64,000 nt of DNA from Octopus vulgaris (taxonomy: Eukaryota): assembly GCA_951406725.2 (NCBI GenBank), contig OX597815.1, positions 28,148,001-28,212,000 of the forward strand, written 5' to 3'. The notes below the pieces were generated by a model. That model made no database searches, was not told the origin of the DNA, and saw nothing but the letters and a program-made list of their open reading frames with translations. Position numbers and translations under genes: made by a program. Shown piece by piece: positions 26,412 to 39,103 of the stretch (the first letter of the stretch is position 1; the number at the start of each line of letters is the position of its first letter).

Positions 26412-26508
26412 CCGAATAAAAAAATATATCATAAAAAACACATTGAATGCTAAATCAACTTGTTGAGTTGTACTCAGTGCCCAGGGTCTGCAGGATTCAA
26501 CATCTTGT
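26412..26508 (-). CDS. slo: Slowpoke/BK channel exon, S1-S2 loop and S2 (QDVESCRPWALSTTQQVDLAFNVFFMIYFFIR), 97 nt, phase 2->0
   Basis: Acceptor ttttctttccag, donor CGG|gttggt. The DLAFNVFFMIYFFIR motif is typical of invertebrate Slo1 S2. Overlaps ORF 26343..26534. Confidence 0.93.
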
Positions 26509-28039
26509 CTGGAAAGAAAATAGAAAAGATACATGATAGAAAGGAAATAAAATCAATATTGTATATCATCCATTAGATGTGTAATATTAATTTATAAAAA
26601 AGATAACTGAATACAAGTGAGTTAAGAAAGAAGCTGGTCATCAAAAGCATTAGCTTAATGCATGTGAATGAGATGACCTTGTTAGTATGGACGTAGTGTG
26701 TAGCATTCATTAATTTTATGAGTGATAAAAGAACTGTGAGTTAACAGTAGGAGGTATTCATAATGCAGTAAAGCTAATGAAAATTTGTAAGGAAGTGGTT
26801 TGATCAAAGAGAAAAAAACATTAGCTTCTTAGATAAAATGACATAGAATAAAAATTTATGAAACAATACTGTAAGAGGGTTACATCCATTATATTTATTT
26901 GATTATTTTATGTAGTATTTTGTAAACAATAGTGCTGTTGCTTATGAGATCTGAATATACCAGTCACTGTTCCATGCTTGGTGAAAGCAACAACATTGAG
27001 AGCAACAAGAGTGTCTGTGCATGACAGGTGGAAAAACTACCAAATCGTATTTGTATTTGAAAGCACACGTTTATCTGTTTTTCTTACCAATGTATATAAA
27101 CTGTATCACTTAGCACACAATTTTTTGTCCATCAAATTTCACTCAGAGTTTATTAGTAAACCCAAAGCTATGGTAGGACACTTGCCCAAGGTCCCATGCC
27201 ATGGGATGGGATGAAACCTGGAGCCAAGCAGCAGCAAAACAATGTTCTTTAACCACAAAAACATATAAGTAGTATGGGAATATGTTCCTATTATTTACAT
27301 GCCATCATAGTAAAATGGATGATAAAGCAGTGATAGTGGTTGTGGTGATGATGATGACGATGATGATGAAGAAAAAGAAATAAAATAATTGGTCTACAAA
27401 GAATATGCTGAACTAGAAATTTATTTAATTACATAAAAATTAAAGAAAAAGTATTTCAATTTTTCTTCCTAGTTTTATATATATTTCTTCTAATCAAGCT
27501 TCATATCTGTTTGAAACACAAATGATGATTGTACTGATGATAAAGCATGTCATATTTTGAAATGGAATATAATTATCATCATCTTGCAATTACTTAAATC
27601 TAACCATAGTCAGAACAATAATATTGAGCCAATAAAATTTGATATATTTTTAGGGGCTCACCACTTGTTCTTGCCAGCCACTTTCCAAGCATTCTACAAT
27701 ATATCTGCGTGTAGTCGGTGTATGAATTAACGAGATAATATCAAGAATAGAAATGGGAAGATTAAATTGTTACATGATGTCACTGACATAGAAACACAAT
27801 TCCAAGATCTAAATAACTGTTTCCCTTATGCGAATTATTGATATTGATGTGTGTATTGAGAAGAGGTTAAATCTAGTTTATTTTGATATGTGAAAAAAAA
27901 AAAAAAAAAGAAGAAAAAAGGTGCAGGAACAGTTGTGTGGTTAAGTTTGCTTTGCAATTACATAGTTCTGAATTTGATTCAGTTTAGACAATTTGATGGC
28001 ATCTTACACAAGTGTTTCTTACTATTGCATTTATAGCAC

Positions 28040-28422
28040 AGTGGCTGTGTGGTAAGTAGCCTGCTTACCACCCACATGGTTCCGGGTTCAGTCCCACTGC
28101 GTGACACTTTGGGCAAGTGTCTTCTACTATAGCCTCGGGCCGACCAATGCCTTGTGAGTGGATTTGGTAGACGGAAACTGAAAGAAGCCTGTCGTATATA
28201 TATCTCTGTGTGTATATGTTTGTGTGTCTGTGTTAGTCACCCAACATCGCTTGACAACTGATGGTGGTGTGTTTACGTCCCCGTAACTTAGCGGTTCAGC
28301 AAAAAAGGCCGATAGAATAAGTACTAGGCTTATAAAGAATAAGTCCTGGGGTCGATTTGCTCGACTAAAGGCGGTGCTCCAGCATGGCCGCAGTCAAATG
28401 ACTGAAACAAGTAAACGAGTAA
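28040..28422 (+). mobile_element. SINE family A, young copy
   Basis: Closely matches the 1097, 34545 and 36880 copies, with CpGs retained. Confidence 0.88.
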
Positions 28423-30751
28423 ACTACACATGCTTACACACACAAATTAGGCACACTAAGCAACACTGAATAAAATATAGTTATGTACAGTCATATCTAA
28501 TATGTACAACTTGAACCTGCACAAGTTGTCTTGACTGAAGAAATTCTCCTAATAGACAATATGGGTGTAAACACACTACTAGGCTACGAATAAGGTCACC
28601 AGACTATAGGATGCATGCATTTCTGCATCATTACACTTCATCTACGTCTACCAAGTTGTTGTTTGTGGCCATCAAAAGCTGGTCAGTCTTATGTCAGAAT
28701 AGCAAACAGTACATTTGCTGACGTGTGGAAAGCTTTGTCAGGCTGGAATTAATTAATTGGAGATGCACTAAGCAACACTAAATGCGATATAGTTATATAC
28801 AACCATATTTAACATGCTTGTGTACACTCAGACATACAGAGACAGTCAGGAAAGTTTGTTCTCTCAAGACAATTTGTGCAGCATATTGTCTTTCTATATC
28901 TGTGTAAATTTGCTGAAGCTTGTCATCTATATGTATACATGTGTGTGTTTGTAGCTGTATTTACAATTACACTAGTCTGAAAACCAGTGTTATTGTTTAA
29001 GGTTATATCTAACTAGGAGAGATTTGCACTGTAAAACAATAGACACTGAAAAGAATAGTGATTGACACTACAAATATTACACAGCATAGCTACTACTGAC
29101 AGTTATGTTTGTATTCAGATCTGTTCTCAAAATATGAGCCAACAAATGAACTTTCTATACAGTAGTTCAATATAATGTTCAAAGGTTCATTTGTCTTTAT
29201 GTTCTGAGTTGAAATTCTGCCAAGATTGACTTTATCTTTCATCCTTTCTGGGTTGATAAAATAAGTACCAGCTAACTACTAGGGGTCAATGTAATTGACT
29301 TACCCTCTCTCCTGAAGTTACTGACCTTGCATCAAAATTTGAAACTAATATAATGTTCGGTGGCACGTAAAAGACACCATTCGAGTGTGATCATTACCAA
29401 CATCGCCTTACTGGCACCTGTGCCGGTGGCATGTGTAAAAGATTCGAGCGAGGTCATTGCCAGTACCGCCTGACGTGGCCCCGTGCCGGTGGCGTGTAAA
29501 AGCACCCACTACATTCTTGGAGTGGTTGGCGTTATGAAGGGCATCCAGCTGTAGAAACTCTGCCAGATCAAGATTGAAGCCTGGTGCAGCCATATGGTTC
29601 GCCAGCCCTCAGTCATTCGTCCAACCCATGCTAGCAGGGAAAGCGGACGTTAAACGATGATGATGATGATGAAAGTAGTAACCAAATTTCCTTCAGCAAA
29701 TATTGTTTTATCATTAAAAAAAAAAAAGGATTACATAAATTAAACCTTAAAATGAAAACCCCATGTTCTAAAATCTGTCCTAGGATAGATGAGCAAAATT
29801 ATTCAAAGATAACAATAACAGCAGTCAAAAGACCCTTCTGCTTTGACAGTATTACAGACTTACTCCAACCTGTGACCCCCACCCCAAATAAACTGGTGAG
29901 CTGTAATTTCCCAATCTCAAACAAATCGATGAGCTGTGGTTGCTAGTCTCTTCTAGGGTTTCAACAATGAACCACTGCTTTACTTACTTAATTTAATCCC
30001 TTTTACCATTTGCTTCTAATTTTCTGATGCAAACCCTGCATTTAAAATATTTTTACTTAAATTAAGTTTCCATTATAATTCAACTATTCATAAGGAGGTG
30101 AGCTGGCAGAGTCGTTAGCACACTGGGTAAGATGCTTACTGGCATTTTGTCAGTTTTTATGTCCTGAGTTCAAATGCCACTGAAGTCAACTTTGCTTTTC
30201 CTCATTTTGGGGTAGATGAAGCAAGTACCAATTGAGTACTGGGGTCGATGTAACTTACTAGCCCCTTCTCCCCACCCCAAAAGTTTAAGCATTTTGTCAA
30301 GAGTAGAAAGGATTGTAATTCAAATGTTTAAAAGACATCAATTAACAGAACCATTAGAATGTTAGAAAATTGCTTTGTGGTATTTTTCTTCTGTTTTTCT
30401 ACTTTCATCATCATCATCATTCACTGTCTGTTTTGCATGCTGGCATGGGTTGGACAGTTTGATAGGATCTGGTGAACTGCAGGGCTGCATTGACCTCAGA
30501 TGTCAACTTCGTCATGGTTTCTACAGCTGGGTGCCCTTCCTGAAGTCAACTTTATCTTTCATCCTTCTGAGGTCAATAAAATAAAGTACCAGTCAAGTAC
30601 TGGGATAGATGTAATTCACTAGTTCCCTTCCATTCCACTAAAAGTGACTAGGGTTGTGCTTAAATTAGGAACAATTATAATTCAAATGTTTCTGAAAAAA
30701 TTATTCTCTTTTCCAAATTTTTTCTCTTAGTTCTTGATTGCAGCTATAATC

Positions 30752-30752
<1 letters not shown>

Positions 30753-30839
<87 letters not shown>

Positions 30840-30930
30840 GCGTGTGTGTGTGTGTGTGTGTGCGTGTTTGTGTGCGCGCGTTTGTGTGTGTGTGCGTGCA
30901 TGTGTGTATGCATGCGTGAGTGTGTGTGTG
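30753..30930. repeat. (TG)n/(TGCG) microsatellite, ~180 bp
   Basis: Directly visible. It explains five spurious ORFs. Confidence 0.97.
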
Positions 30931-31109
30931 TATTATGGAGAGTAAGATATACACTTTATTTTATAGTCCACTCACCACTTCCTTAATGTGAGAATACATC
31001 ATGATTATTGTCTCACTTTCACAAACCCCTCTGTTGAGGATGTGAAATAAGAGCTGGGTCTCCCTTTTTTTTTTACAAGCATTATTTAGATTGATTTATC
31101 TGTTTTATA

Positions 31110-31480
31110 ATATAATATAATGAAATTATTGTATACAATGCTCAGGTGCACCACAACTTGTCAAAAAGTGCGTATAAAGTATATGCAGTAATGTACAAAT
31201 GTCTGGAAAGCAAACGGTGTATGAGTCAGATACATGCTTGTGTGTGTATGGAGGGGAGAAAATCAGGTGTAGTGTTGGTGAATCTCAGGAAGCATGGAAG
31301 TTTTGAAGGATGCAGTGCTCTGACAACTAACAACTGATGCAGGCAGTTTGTTCCATGCTTCAGCAACTCTTAGTGTGAAAAAATGTTTCCGAAAGTCATG
31401 GGAGCTGTGCTGTTTCCTGACTTTATAAAAATGTCCACGGGTGTTAGACAGGTGGAGTTTGAAAAGGTGCTCAGTGTTAT
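31110..31480 (-). mobile_element. CR1-type LINE 3' end (second copy)
   Basis: Reverse complement of the 21138 copy, extending further 5' (…NTRGHFYKVRKQHSSHDFRKHFFTLRVAEAWNKLPASVV…). Confidence 0.82.
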
Positions 31481-32264
31481 TGTATTATAAACATGACTGC
31501 TACTATGTAAAAGTTCATTTGTTGATTCATCTGGCAGTCATCATCATCATCATCATCGTTTAACGTCCGTTCTCCATGCTAGCATGGGTTGGACAGTTCG
31601 ACCGGGGATCTGGAAAGCCAGAAGGCTGCACCAGGCTCCGGTCTTATCTGGCAATGTTTCTACAGCTGGATGCCCTTCCTAACGCCAACCACTCCGTGAG
31701 TGTAGTGGGTGCTTTTTACGTGCCACCTGCACTGGTGCCAGGCGAGGCTGGCATCGGCCACGGTCGGATTGGTGCATTTTACGTGCCACCTGCACGGAAG
31801 CCAGTCGGGTCGGCACTGGCTTCGGCCATGATTCGGATGGTGCTTTTTACGTGCCACCGACACGGACGCCAGTCGAGGCGGCGCTGGCATCGGCCACGAT
31901 TCAGATAGTGCTTTATATCAATAACTAGACAGAGTATTTTATTAGAAATATGGTCACAAATGGGTTAATACTATCCACTTATCTCTCCTCTTGATTATTA
32001 TGCAGCATTTCTTATAACTTACTTCTAAATGCTTAGGTCAATACAATCTCCATAAAATGACGCTGTAAAAAGAATTTCCATAAGTTTTCATCATTGCCAA
32101 AAGCAATTCAAATTGATTCTCAGTTATGTTAACCCCATCCAGTTCAGGAAATCCCCTAAAGTGGTTAGCTATTTGTTTTAATTTTGTCCCATTTTGGATT
32201 AGCATAGATAATAATTTTAAAACATCTTCTAACCACACTAATTTATACAAACATTATTGAAATG

Positions 32265-32527
32265 CTTCGTTTTTGGATTTGGTTTGCAAGATTCTTTATA
32301 TGAGTTCGTGTGTTGAAGCATATTCTGTTGTGTCCGGGGAGAGTCATTTTTTTTTAGTGCCTTATAATGTAACACACTCACCGGTAAAATTTCAAGACTA
32401 TTGAAAACGTTGGAAGACGCAACGAAAATTTTAGGAAAATAAAAATAAGAAATAAGTGGAAATTTTACCGGTGAGTGTGTTACATTATAAGGCACAAAAA
32501 GAAAATGACTCTCCCCAGACACAACAG
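32265..32527. mobile_element. Penelope-like fold-back insertion with 12-bp TSD
   Basis: Direct repeat ATTATTGAAATG at 32253-32264 and 32528-32539, with asymmetric inverted arms. Confidence 0.8.
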
Positions 32528-32745
32528 ATTATTGAAATGGTTGAAAGAGAAAAGGAGAGGAGGAGAGAGAAGCTAGAAATAGAAAGGGGAGAGAGAGATG
32601 GGAGTAAGGGGAAGAGAAAGGAGAGAGAGAGGAATGAGAGAGAGAGGTAAGGGGAAGAGAAAGGAGAGAGAGAGGAATGAGAGAGAGAGGAGGGGGAGAG
32701 AGAAGAGAGAGACAGAGTATAATAAACATGTATAGTTTAACTTAC

Positions 32746-32810
32746 CCATCTGATGCATCTATGAAATAGATGATTAATGATGCAATACTGAGCAGAAACA
32801 CCAAACCAAC
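32746..32810 (-). CDS. slo: Slowpoke/BK channel exon, S1 helix (VGLVFLLSIASLIIYFIDASD-G), 65 nt, phase 0->2
   Basis: Minus strand ...ctgcag|GTTGGTTTG...GCATCAGATGG|gtaagt. Translation matches Slo1 S1 (vertebrate [20 protein letters not shown]). Splices in frame to the 26508 exon. Not in the ORF track. Confidence 0.93.
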
Positions 32811-33513
32811 CTGCAGAAGAGAAAGTAAAAGAGGCATTAGTTTACAGACATATGTCATTGCTATTGAGCTGAAGAATTAATGATTAGGAATTAATTTGAA
32901 ATATGAGAAGTGAAACTTAGACAATAAAGTTAGACTAAAGTTTTATAATGAAGTACATGTCAAGATACAAATTGTAATATCACGATTTAAGGTTGTATTA
33001 AACATGCTGAACAAATGATTCTATAGCCTAGAGTCCAAATTTTAATAGAGGGTGTGATGTGTGTATCTGGACAGTACACATTGCCTCATTGTACTCAAAT
33101 CAAGCCTGACATTATTATTGAGTAATTAGCAAGAAAAGACAAGCAACTGTAAAAGAAGAACACCATCCCCAACCCACGACACTGGACACTCCATTCAAAT
33201 AATGGTATTGTGGAAAACTGAATGGTTAATAATAGAAAAAGGGAAAGAAAGACAAAAAGAGAGTAAAAAGGTGTTGTTTCAAAATGATTCCACTGGTGAT
33301 GAACCTTGAAAAGGTAGGTGTCTCTGATTAAAGGACAGTGAATAAGAAGTCATAGTCATATGATACAAAGTATTGAACACACCAGGTGTCAAGTAGATGA
33401 TGATGATGATTTACATCACAAACAATCTAGAAAACAAGTAATAAAAAAAATGCAGTCATGGCTTTCATTCATTCCAAGTTTTTCACTTTGCAGAATTGGG
33501 AAAGTATTGGACA

Positions 33514-33554
<41 letters not shown>

Positions 33555-33969
33555 TCATCATCATCATCATTGTTTAACGTCTGCTTTCCATGCTAGCATG
33601 GGTTGGACGATTTTGACTGAGGATTGGCGAACCAGATGGCTGCACCAGGCTCCAATCTGATCTGGCAGAGTTTCTACAGCTGGATGCCCTTCCTAACACT
33701 AACCACTCCGAGAGTGTAATGGGTGCTTTTAAGTGCCACTGGCATGGGGGCCTGTCTGGTGGTACCGGCAACGGCCACACTTGAAATTAAACCTGAAATG
33801 ATGTGGCTGTGAAGCAAATTAACCACACAGCCATGTCTCATTATATGTCTTCTTTTCTCTTATATCAGTTCTGATGATGAACGTTCTATTTCTTTGATTG
33901 ACTAATTGTCCAACCCATTTATTAACATGTAAATAGCTGAATCTTCCACAGACACATGTATTCTTAATG

Positions 33970-34179
33970 CAGGGGTCGGGGAACTTTTTTTAACCAATTA
34001 CCCCAAAACATACTTATTTATGCCAACATTACCCCCTTGATTTGAAAGAAAGAAAATCATAGATAACAAGGAATGTGTTGTTTTATATAATTTTACTTAT
34101 ATCTAATGAGTCCTTATTACCCGCAAGAATTTCATTCTTACTCCACTTAGGGTAATTTACCTCAATTCATCGACCCCTG
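33970..34179. mobile_element. hAT MITE with perfect 8-bp TSD
   Basis: TSD TCTTAATG at 33962-33969 and 34180-34187. TIR CAGGGGTCG…CGACCCCTG. Confidence 0.87.
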
Positions 34180-34544
34180 TCTTAATGTAATTCTTAAGCC
34201 AAGTCAGCGTGGTATAAAATGTGACAAAAACGGTCCTTTGAAATCAGGTACAATCTATTTGATGGACTTCCACACAGTTTCCATCCACCCAGTTCCACTC
34301 ACAAGGTTTGGATTGACCAGAAGTTATGTAAAGGATATGAGACATTTTGGTGCAGCTGTTTTGGTACTACCTATTTGGCATTGCTAAGTCAATGCTGACT
34401 TGTTTTTACAACAGACATTTTAATGTTTCCCTTGCTTTAACCTTTTATCATTTAAACCAGTCATATCCGACCAAAATATTCTGCCTGTTTTATGTTCAAA
34501 CTGGTCAAATCAGGCCTCTCACTCCTATCCTATACACTTTACTC

Positions 34545-34922
34545 CCTCTTTTACTTGTTTCAGTCATTTGACTGCGGCCATGCTGGAGCACCGCCTTTAG
34601 TTGAGCAAATCGACCTCAGGACTTATTCTTTGTAAGCCTAGTACTTATTCTATCGGTCTCTTTTGCCGAACTGCTAAGTTACGGGGATGTAAACACACCA
34701 CCATCAGCTGTCAAGCGATGTTGGGGGGGGGGGGCAAACAGAGACACAAACACATATATATGACAGGCTTCTTTCAGTTTCCGTCTACCAAATCCACTCA
34801 CAACGCTTTGGTCGGCCCGAGGCTATAGTTGAAGACACTTGCCCAAGGTGCCACGCAGTGGGAATGAACCCGGAACCATGTGGTTGGTAAGCAAGCTACT
34901 TACCACACAGCCACTCCTGCAC
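34545..34922 (-). mobile_element. SINE family A, young copy
   Basis: Reverse-complement match to 28040-28422. Confidence 0.88.
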
Positions 34923-35082
34923 CTATAATGATATTCTAAAACTAAACAGTTACACCATGAAAATCTTGAAGCTGCAAGACAATTCATGATTAATTCAAAT
35001 TAATTTGAATAAATATGAAGTACATCTGACAGAATAATCTGAATGGTAAAAAATTAATGCTTCTTTCATTTTGTGGGCGTAC

Positions 35083-35129
<47 letters not shown>

Positions 35130-35693
35130 CGCGTGCATGTTTGTGTGTGAGCATATTTCTCTTTATTGTATGAGAAGAGGGAAAGTATTCATGTCAATAT
35201 TGTTCAATGAATAAATTGTAATGTCTCTCTCTCTCACTCTCTCCCCCTTCTCTCTCTATGTATGTATACATATCTGTGAGCACATTGTATGTGTGTGTGC
35301 GTGCGTTGCATCACTCGGCTATGCCAAATCACCAGAGTCCAAACAGCCATGCTCAGTTATCACATTTTGTGTGACAGAGACACTTGTCCAAGATGCTACA
35401 CAATAGGATTGAACTCAAGACCTCAAGATTGTGAATGCCTTTTTAACCACCCAGCAAAGTCTGCACCCATAGACTGACATAAACACCACAAAATCTGTAA
35501 CCAATCAGATAAACTAATAAAAGTTACCAGAGAGCCTCTACATGGCTGCTCAGTTGTTAACAAAAGCAACCAAGTCTTCAAATCATATTCAGTAAGCAAA
35601 AAAATGAAAGAACATATTAGATGATGTGGTCTTGGATACACTATGACTGAGGAAAAAATGGGGCTGTCATAGCTGGAAAGTCTTTAATTATAG

Positions 35694-36071
35694 TCTGTTG
35701 TGTCTGGGGAGAGTTGTTCTCTTTTAGTACCTTATTATTTAACACACTCACCGGTAAAATTTCCGCTTATTTTGTCTTTTTATTTTCCTAAAATTTTCGT
35801 TGCGTCTTGCAACCTTTTCAATAGTCTTGACTCTGTCTGTTATTTACACTGCGTTATTTACAATAATGGACAGAGTCAAGACTATTGAAAAGGTTACAAG
35901 ACACAACGAAAATTTTTTGAAAATAAAAAGACGAAATAAGTGGAAATTTTACCGGTGAGTGTGTTAAATAATAAGGTACTAAAAGAGAATGACTCTCCCC
36001 AGACACAACAGAATATGCTTCAACACACGAACTCATATAAAGAATCTTGCAAATCAAATCCCAAAACGAAA
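35694..36071. mobile_element. Penelope-like fold-back insertion with 12-bp TSD
   Basis: Direct repeat CTTTAATTATAG at 35682-35693 and 36072-36083, with ~145-bp inverted arms. Confidence 0.82.
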
Positions 36072-36879
36072 CTTTAATTATAGATTTTCTGGATGAAGGA
36101 TAACCTGGGGTTAAATAAATAACAACAGCAACAAAGTGTTATATTATGTTTATACATAATTTCACCTTTACTAAAAAGTTGAAGTAAAGTTCCTGGTATA
36201 TCTACTCCATGATGTAGTCTTGATTGCCAAATACATCTAAATCACTTCACTTTTGTTGCTAATGTCATTGAGGGAGAAGATAAATGTCACAAAACTTCAT
36301 TTTCAACCTCCTATAAAGAAATTATTATTATAACTTCTGTAGTTGTTCCTGACAGATCTAAGTTGTACTGTTCACCTAACACCACTCTAATTAAATAGCC
36401 ACCGTTAATGAATCCCAGAACACATCACTCAAATCAATATCTACATTGATCCATCATATCTTTTGTTTAATTATGTTTTAAAATAATCTTTAGATGTTTT
36501 AATATGTATAGCAATCTTGTAAATCATAAACTACAATGCAACAGACTCAAGCACATAATATTCTCAGCTAAATAGTCGCCAAATGAGTACTTGCTTTGAC
36601 ACAAGTTGTATCAAACAAAAGAACAAAGAAACAAAACATTACAAGCAGATCAGAATACCATTGAAGAATATTAGGCTTCTTTTATGAACAGTGGTAGATA
36701 TCGATCATCCAAGACGGCATAGTGAGCTAAAACCTGTATTACAAATAAATATTTGAGAGAACTTTTCCATGAAAAAAAAAAAAGGGAAAAAAGTTAAACC
36801 ACAGGTTTGTCTCTTTATGATCAGTAAAAGGGATGATCTGACTACTTTTAGGTGTTATTAAACTTTTAACACAGATCAC

Positions 36880-37091
36880 TTACTCTTTTACTCTTTAACT
36901 TGTTTCAGTCATTTGACTGCGACCATGCTGGAGCACCGCCTTTAGTCGAGCAAATCGACCCCGGGACTTATTCTTTGTAAGCCCAGTACTTATTCTATCG
37001 GTCTCTTTTGCCAGACCGCTAAGTGACGGGGACATAAACACACCAGCATCGGTTGTCAAGCAATGCTGGGTGGACAAACACAGACACAAGC

Positions 37092-37133
<42 letters not shown>

Positions 37134-37243
37134 GCATATATACGACAGGCTTCTTTCAGTTTCCGTCTACCAAATCCACTCACAAGGCACCGGAACCATG
37201 AGGTTGGTTAGCAAGCTACTTACCACACAGCCACTCCTGCGCC
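36880..37243 (-). mobile_element. SINE family A with internal deletion
   Basis: Matches the 1097 copy but joins cacaaggc directly to accggaacc. Confidence 0.85.
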
Positions 37244-38077
37244 TATTTTCTGTCCATAGATAAAATAGTGGCTAAAAGTTACCTTGTGTATACAAATGCA
37301 GATAGGAGAAAAATAGATGTCTAAATCACAAACATACTAACATGAATTAATTATGGTCTTGACTGGAAAGTCATTAAACATAAGTCTTCTGGATCAAGGC
37401 CGACCTATGGATAAGTAACAATAAAAAAATTGCTGTATAAGGCACTATTAATTTATTAATTTAAAATTAGGTGGTTTACTGAATGGTAAATGAGGATCTG
37501 ATAATTAGCCTTATTTAGAAACTGTGACTCACAGTACTAAAATGTGACTGTCTCACCTAGTATTAAAATGTTTAAATGAACAGGTGTTCTTTGCATCTGT
37601 GAAACTTTTAGTAATTGCAAATCTGAGTAAGAGAGTAAGCATCATATGTATTTAGGGTGTTTTCCCTTTTTACAATATTTGTGTGTGAATTGTGTACAAA
37701 CAAATCCAGTAAACATAAGCCTCATGGTGACCAAGACAGGCAGGATGATAAGATTAGAGGTAGGGAAATTGAATATAGATAAATTTGATACCATTTCTCA
37801 AACTGAGTTGGACAGAACTAATGACCTCCCTAGTTACACAGGCAGTATGGTTGAGTAAATAGGAGAGGTCTACTGGTATCCTTAGTTATACCAGCAGCAT
37901 AGTGCAGTGGATAGAAGAGAATGTTGTGAAGGAGAGAGAGAGAGAGAGAGAGAGATGAGTGACAGGGAGTTGAGAGTTATGAAAGAAGGGGAAGTAGCAG
38001 ATTGGGCAATAACAGGAAATATTGGGTGAGCGACTTAAAAGTTGATGCATCCCGGTCTCTATCATTATCACATTTAA

Positions 38078-38310
38078 AGGTGGTGAGCTGGCAGAAACCG
38101 TTAGCACGCTGGGCGAAATGCGTAGCCGTATTTTGTCTGTCGTTACGTTCTGAGTTCAAATTCCGCTGAGGTTGACTTTGCCTTTCATCCTTTCGGGGTC
38201 GATAAATTAAGTACCAGTTACGCACTGGGGTTGGTGTAATCAACTTAATTCGTTTGTCTGTCCTTGTTTGTCCCCTCTATGTTTAGCCCCTTGTGGGTAA
38301 TAAAGAAACA
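38078..38310 (+). mobile_element. SINE family B (tRNA-like head, central GCCTTTCATCCTTTCGGGGTCGATAAATTAAGTACCAG domain), young copy
   Basis: Head aggtggtgagctggcagaa…gagttcaaattcc (B box). Other copies at ~1562-1750, 14850-15045, 24320-24490, 24945-25120, 29200-29350, 30095-30315, 40430-40620, 42423-42635, 48032-48250 and 58995-59195. Confidence 0.85.
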
Positions 38311-38779
38311 TATCACATTTTTAAACATTGTTAAATGTTTTCAATGCTTGTTTCACCATACTTACATGGATAGATAATTGCCCACTATCTCAGTACTTTA
38401 TCCTCTCCTCTGTGAGGCACAGCATCCAGAAATCACTTTTCACCATTTCATCCCATAGTTTCTTAGATTTCCCTCTTCCACAAGCCCTGCACCTTATATA
38501 GCTGTCACCTTCCATGTACATCATAAGCCTATACAACCATGGTCTTCTCTCTTGTACATTACATCTGATTCCTATTTTATGCAGTTTTCCTCTGAGCTCT
38601 TTGTCTGTTGTTTATACATGCAAACATTATATATCCTTGAACTTTTTCTATTCTGTTCTTACTCTGGCTACTATACTTTTAAACCACCAACCTTAACTGC
38701 TAATTAGATTACCTAAGTAACAGAGGCTATCAACAACTTCTAGAGAGCCTTCCAAGCATTTCAGAAAATCTATTTCTCA

Positions 38780-39103
38780 TATGCTTACATTTATGAATTT
38801 GTTTTGCAAGATTCCTGATGTGAAATTGTGTGTTGAAACAAATATTGTTATATTTCAGGATGGTCACTTTTTTTCTTACCAAATAAACACACATACTATA
38901 TATTAATTCTTCACTTGTTTATTATTGTTCTTATTTTATCTTATGTCCATTGTCTGGAAATCACAGGTGTGTGATGAAAGATTTCCAGACAATGGACATA
39001 AGATAAAATAAGAACAATAATAAACAAGTGAAGAATTAATATATAGTATGTGTGTTTATTTGGTAAGAAAAAAAAATAACCACCCCGAAATATAACAATG
39101 TTT
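38780..39103. repeat. Fold-back element with a perfect 95-bp stem (38868-38962 / 38980-39074), 17-nt loop
   Basis: Base-by-base reverse complement by eye. The outer part resembles 55970-56140 and, distantly, the 7846/32265/35694 family (tttgcaagattc…gtgtgttgaa). Confidence 0.85.

Noticed and set aside
28040-28110. tRNA-like sequence with A/B boxes
   Set aside because: It is a SINE head with no complete cloverleaf and continues into the SINE body.
30701-30986. Cys-Val / His-Thr repeat ORFs
   Set aside because: These are translations of (TG)n. The same applies to the many YIYI, CVCV and LSLS ORFs elsewhere.
32038-32250. 70-aa protein-looking minus-strand ORF between the S1 and S2 exons
   Set aside because: No recognisable homology and no convincing splice sites. 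The flanking exons already join in frame without it.
36673-36733. Possible minus-strand acceptor (…taatacag|GTTTTAGCT…) and short frame VLAHYAVLDDRYLPLFIKEA*
   Set aside because: All frames stop quickly, there is no clear donor, and there is no Slo N-terminal similarity.
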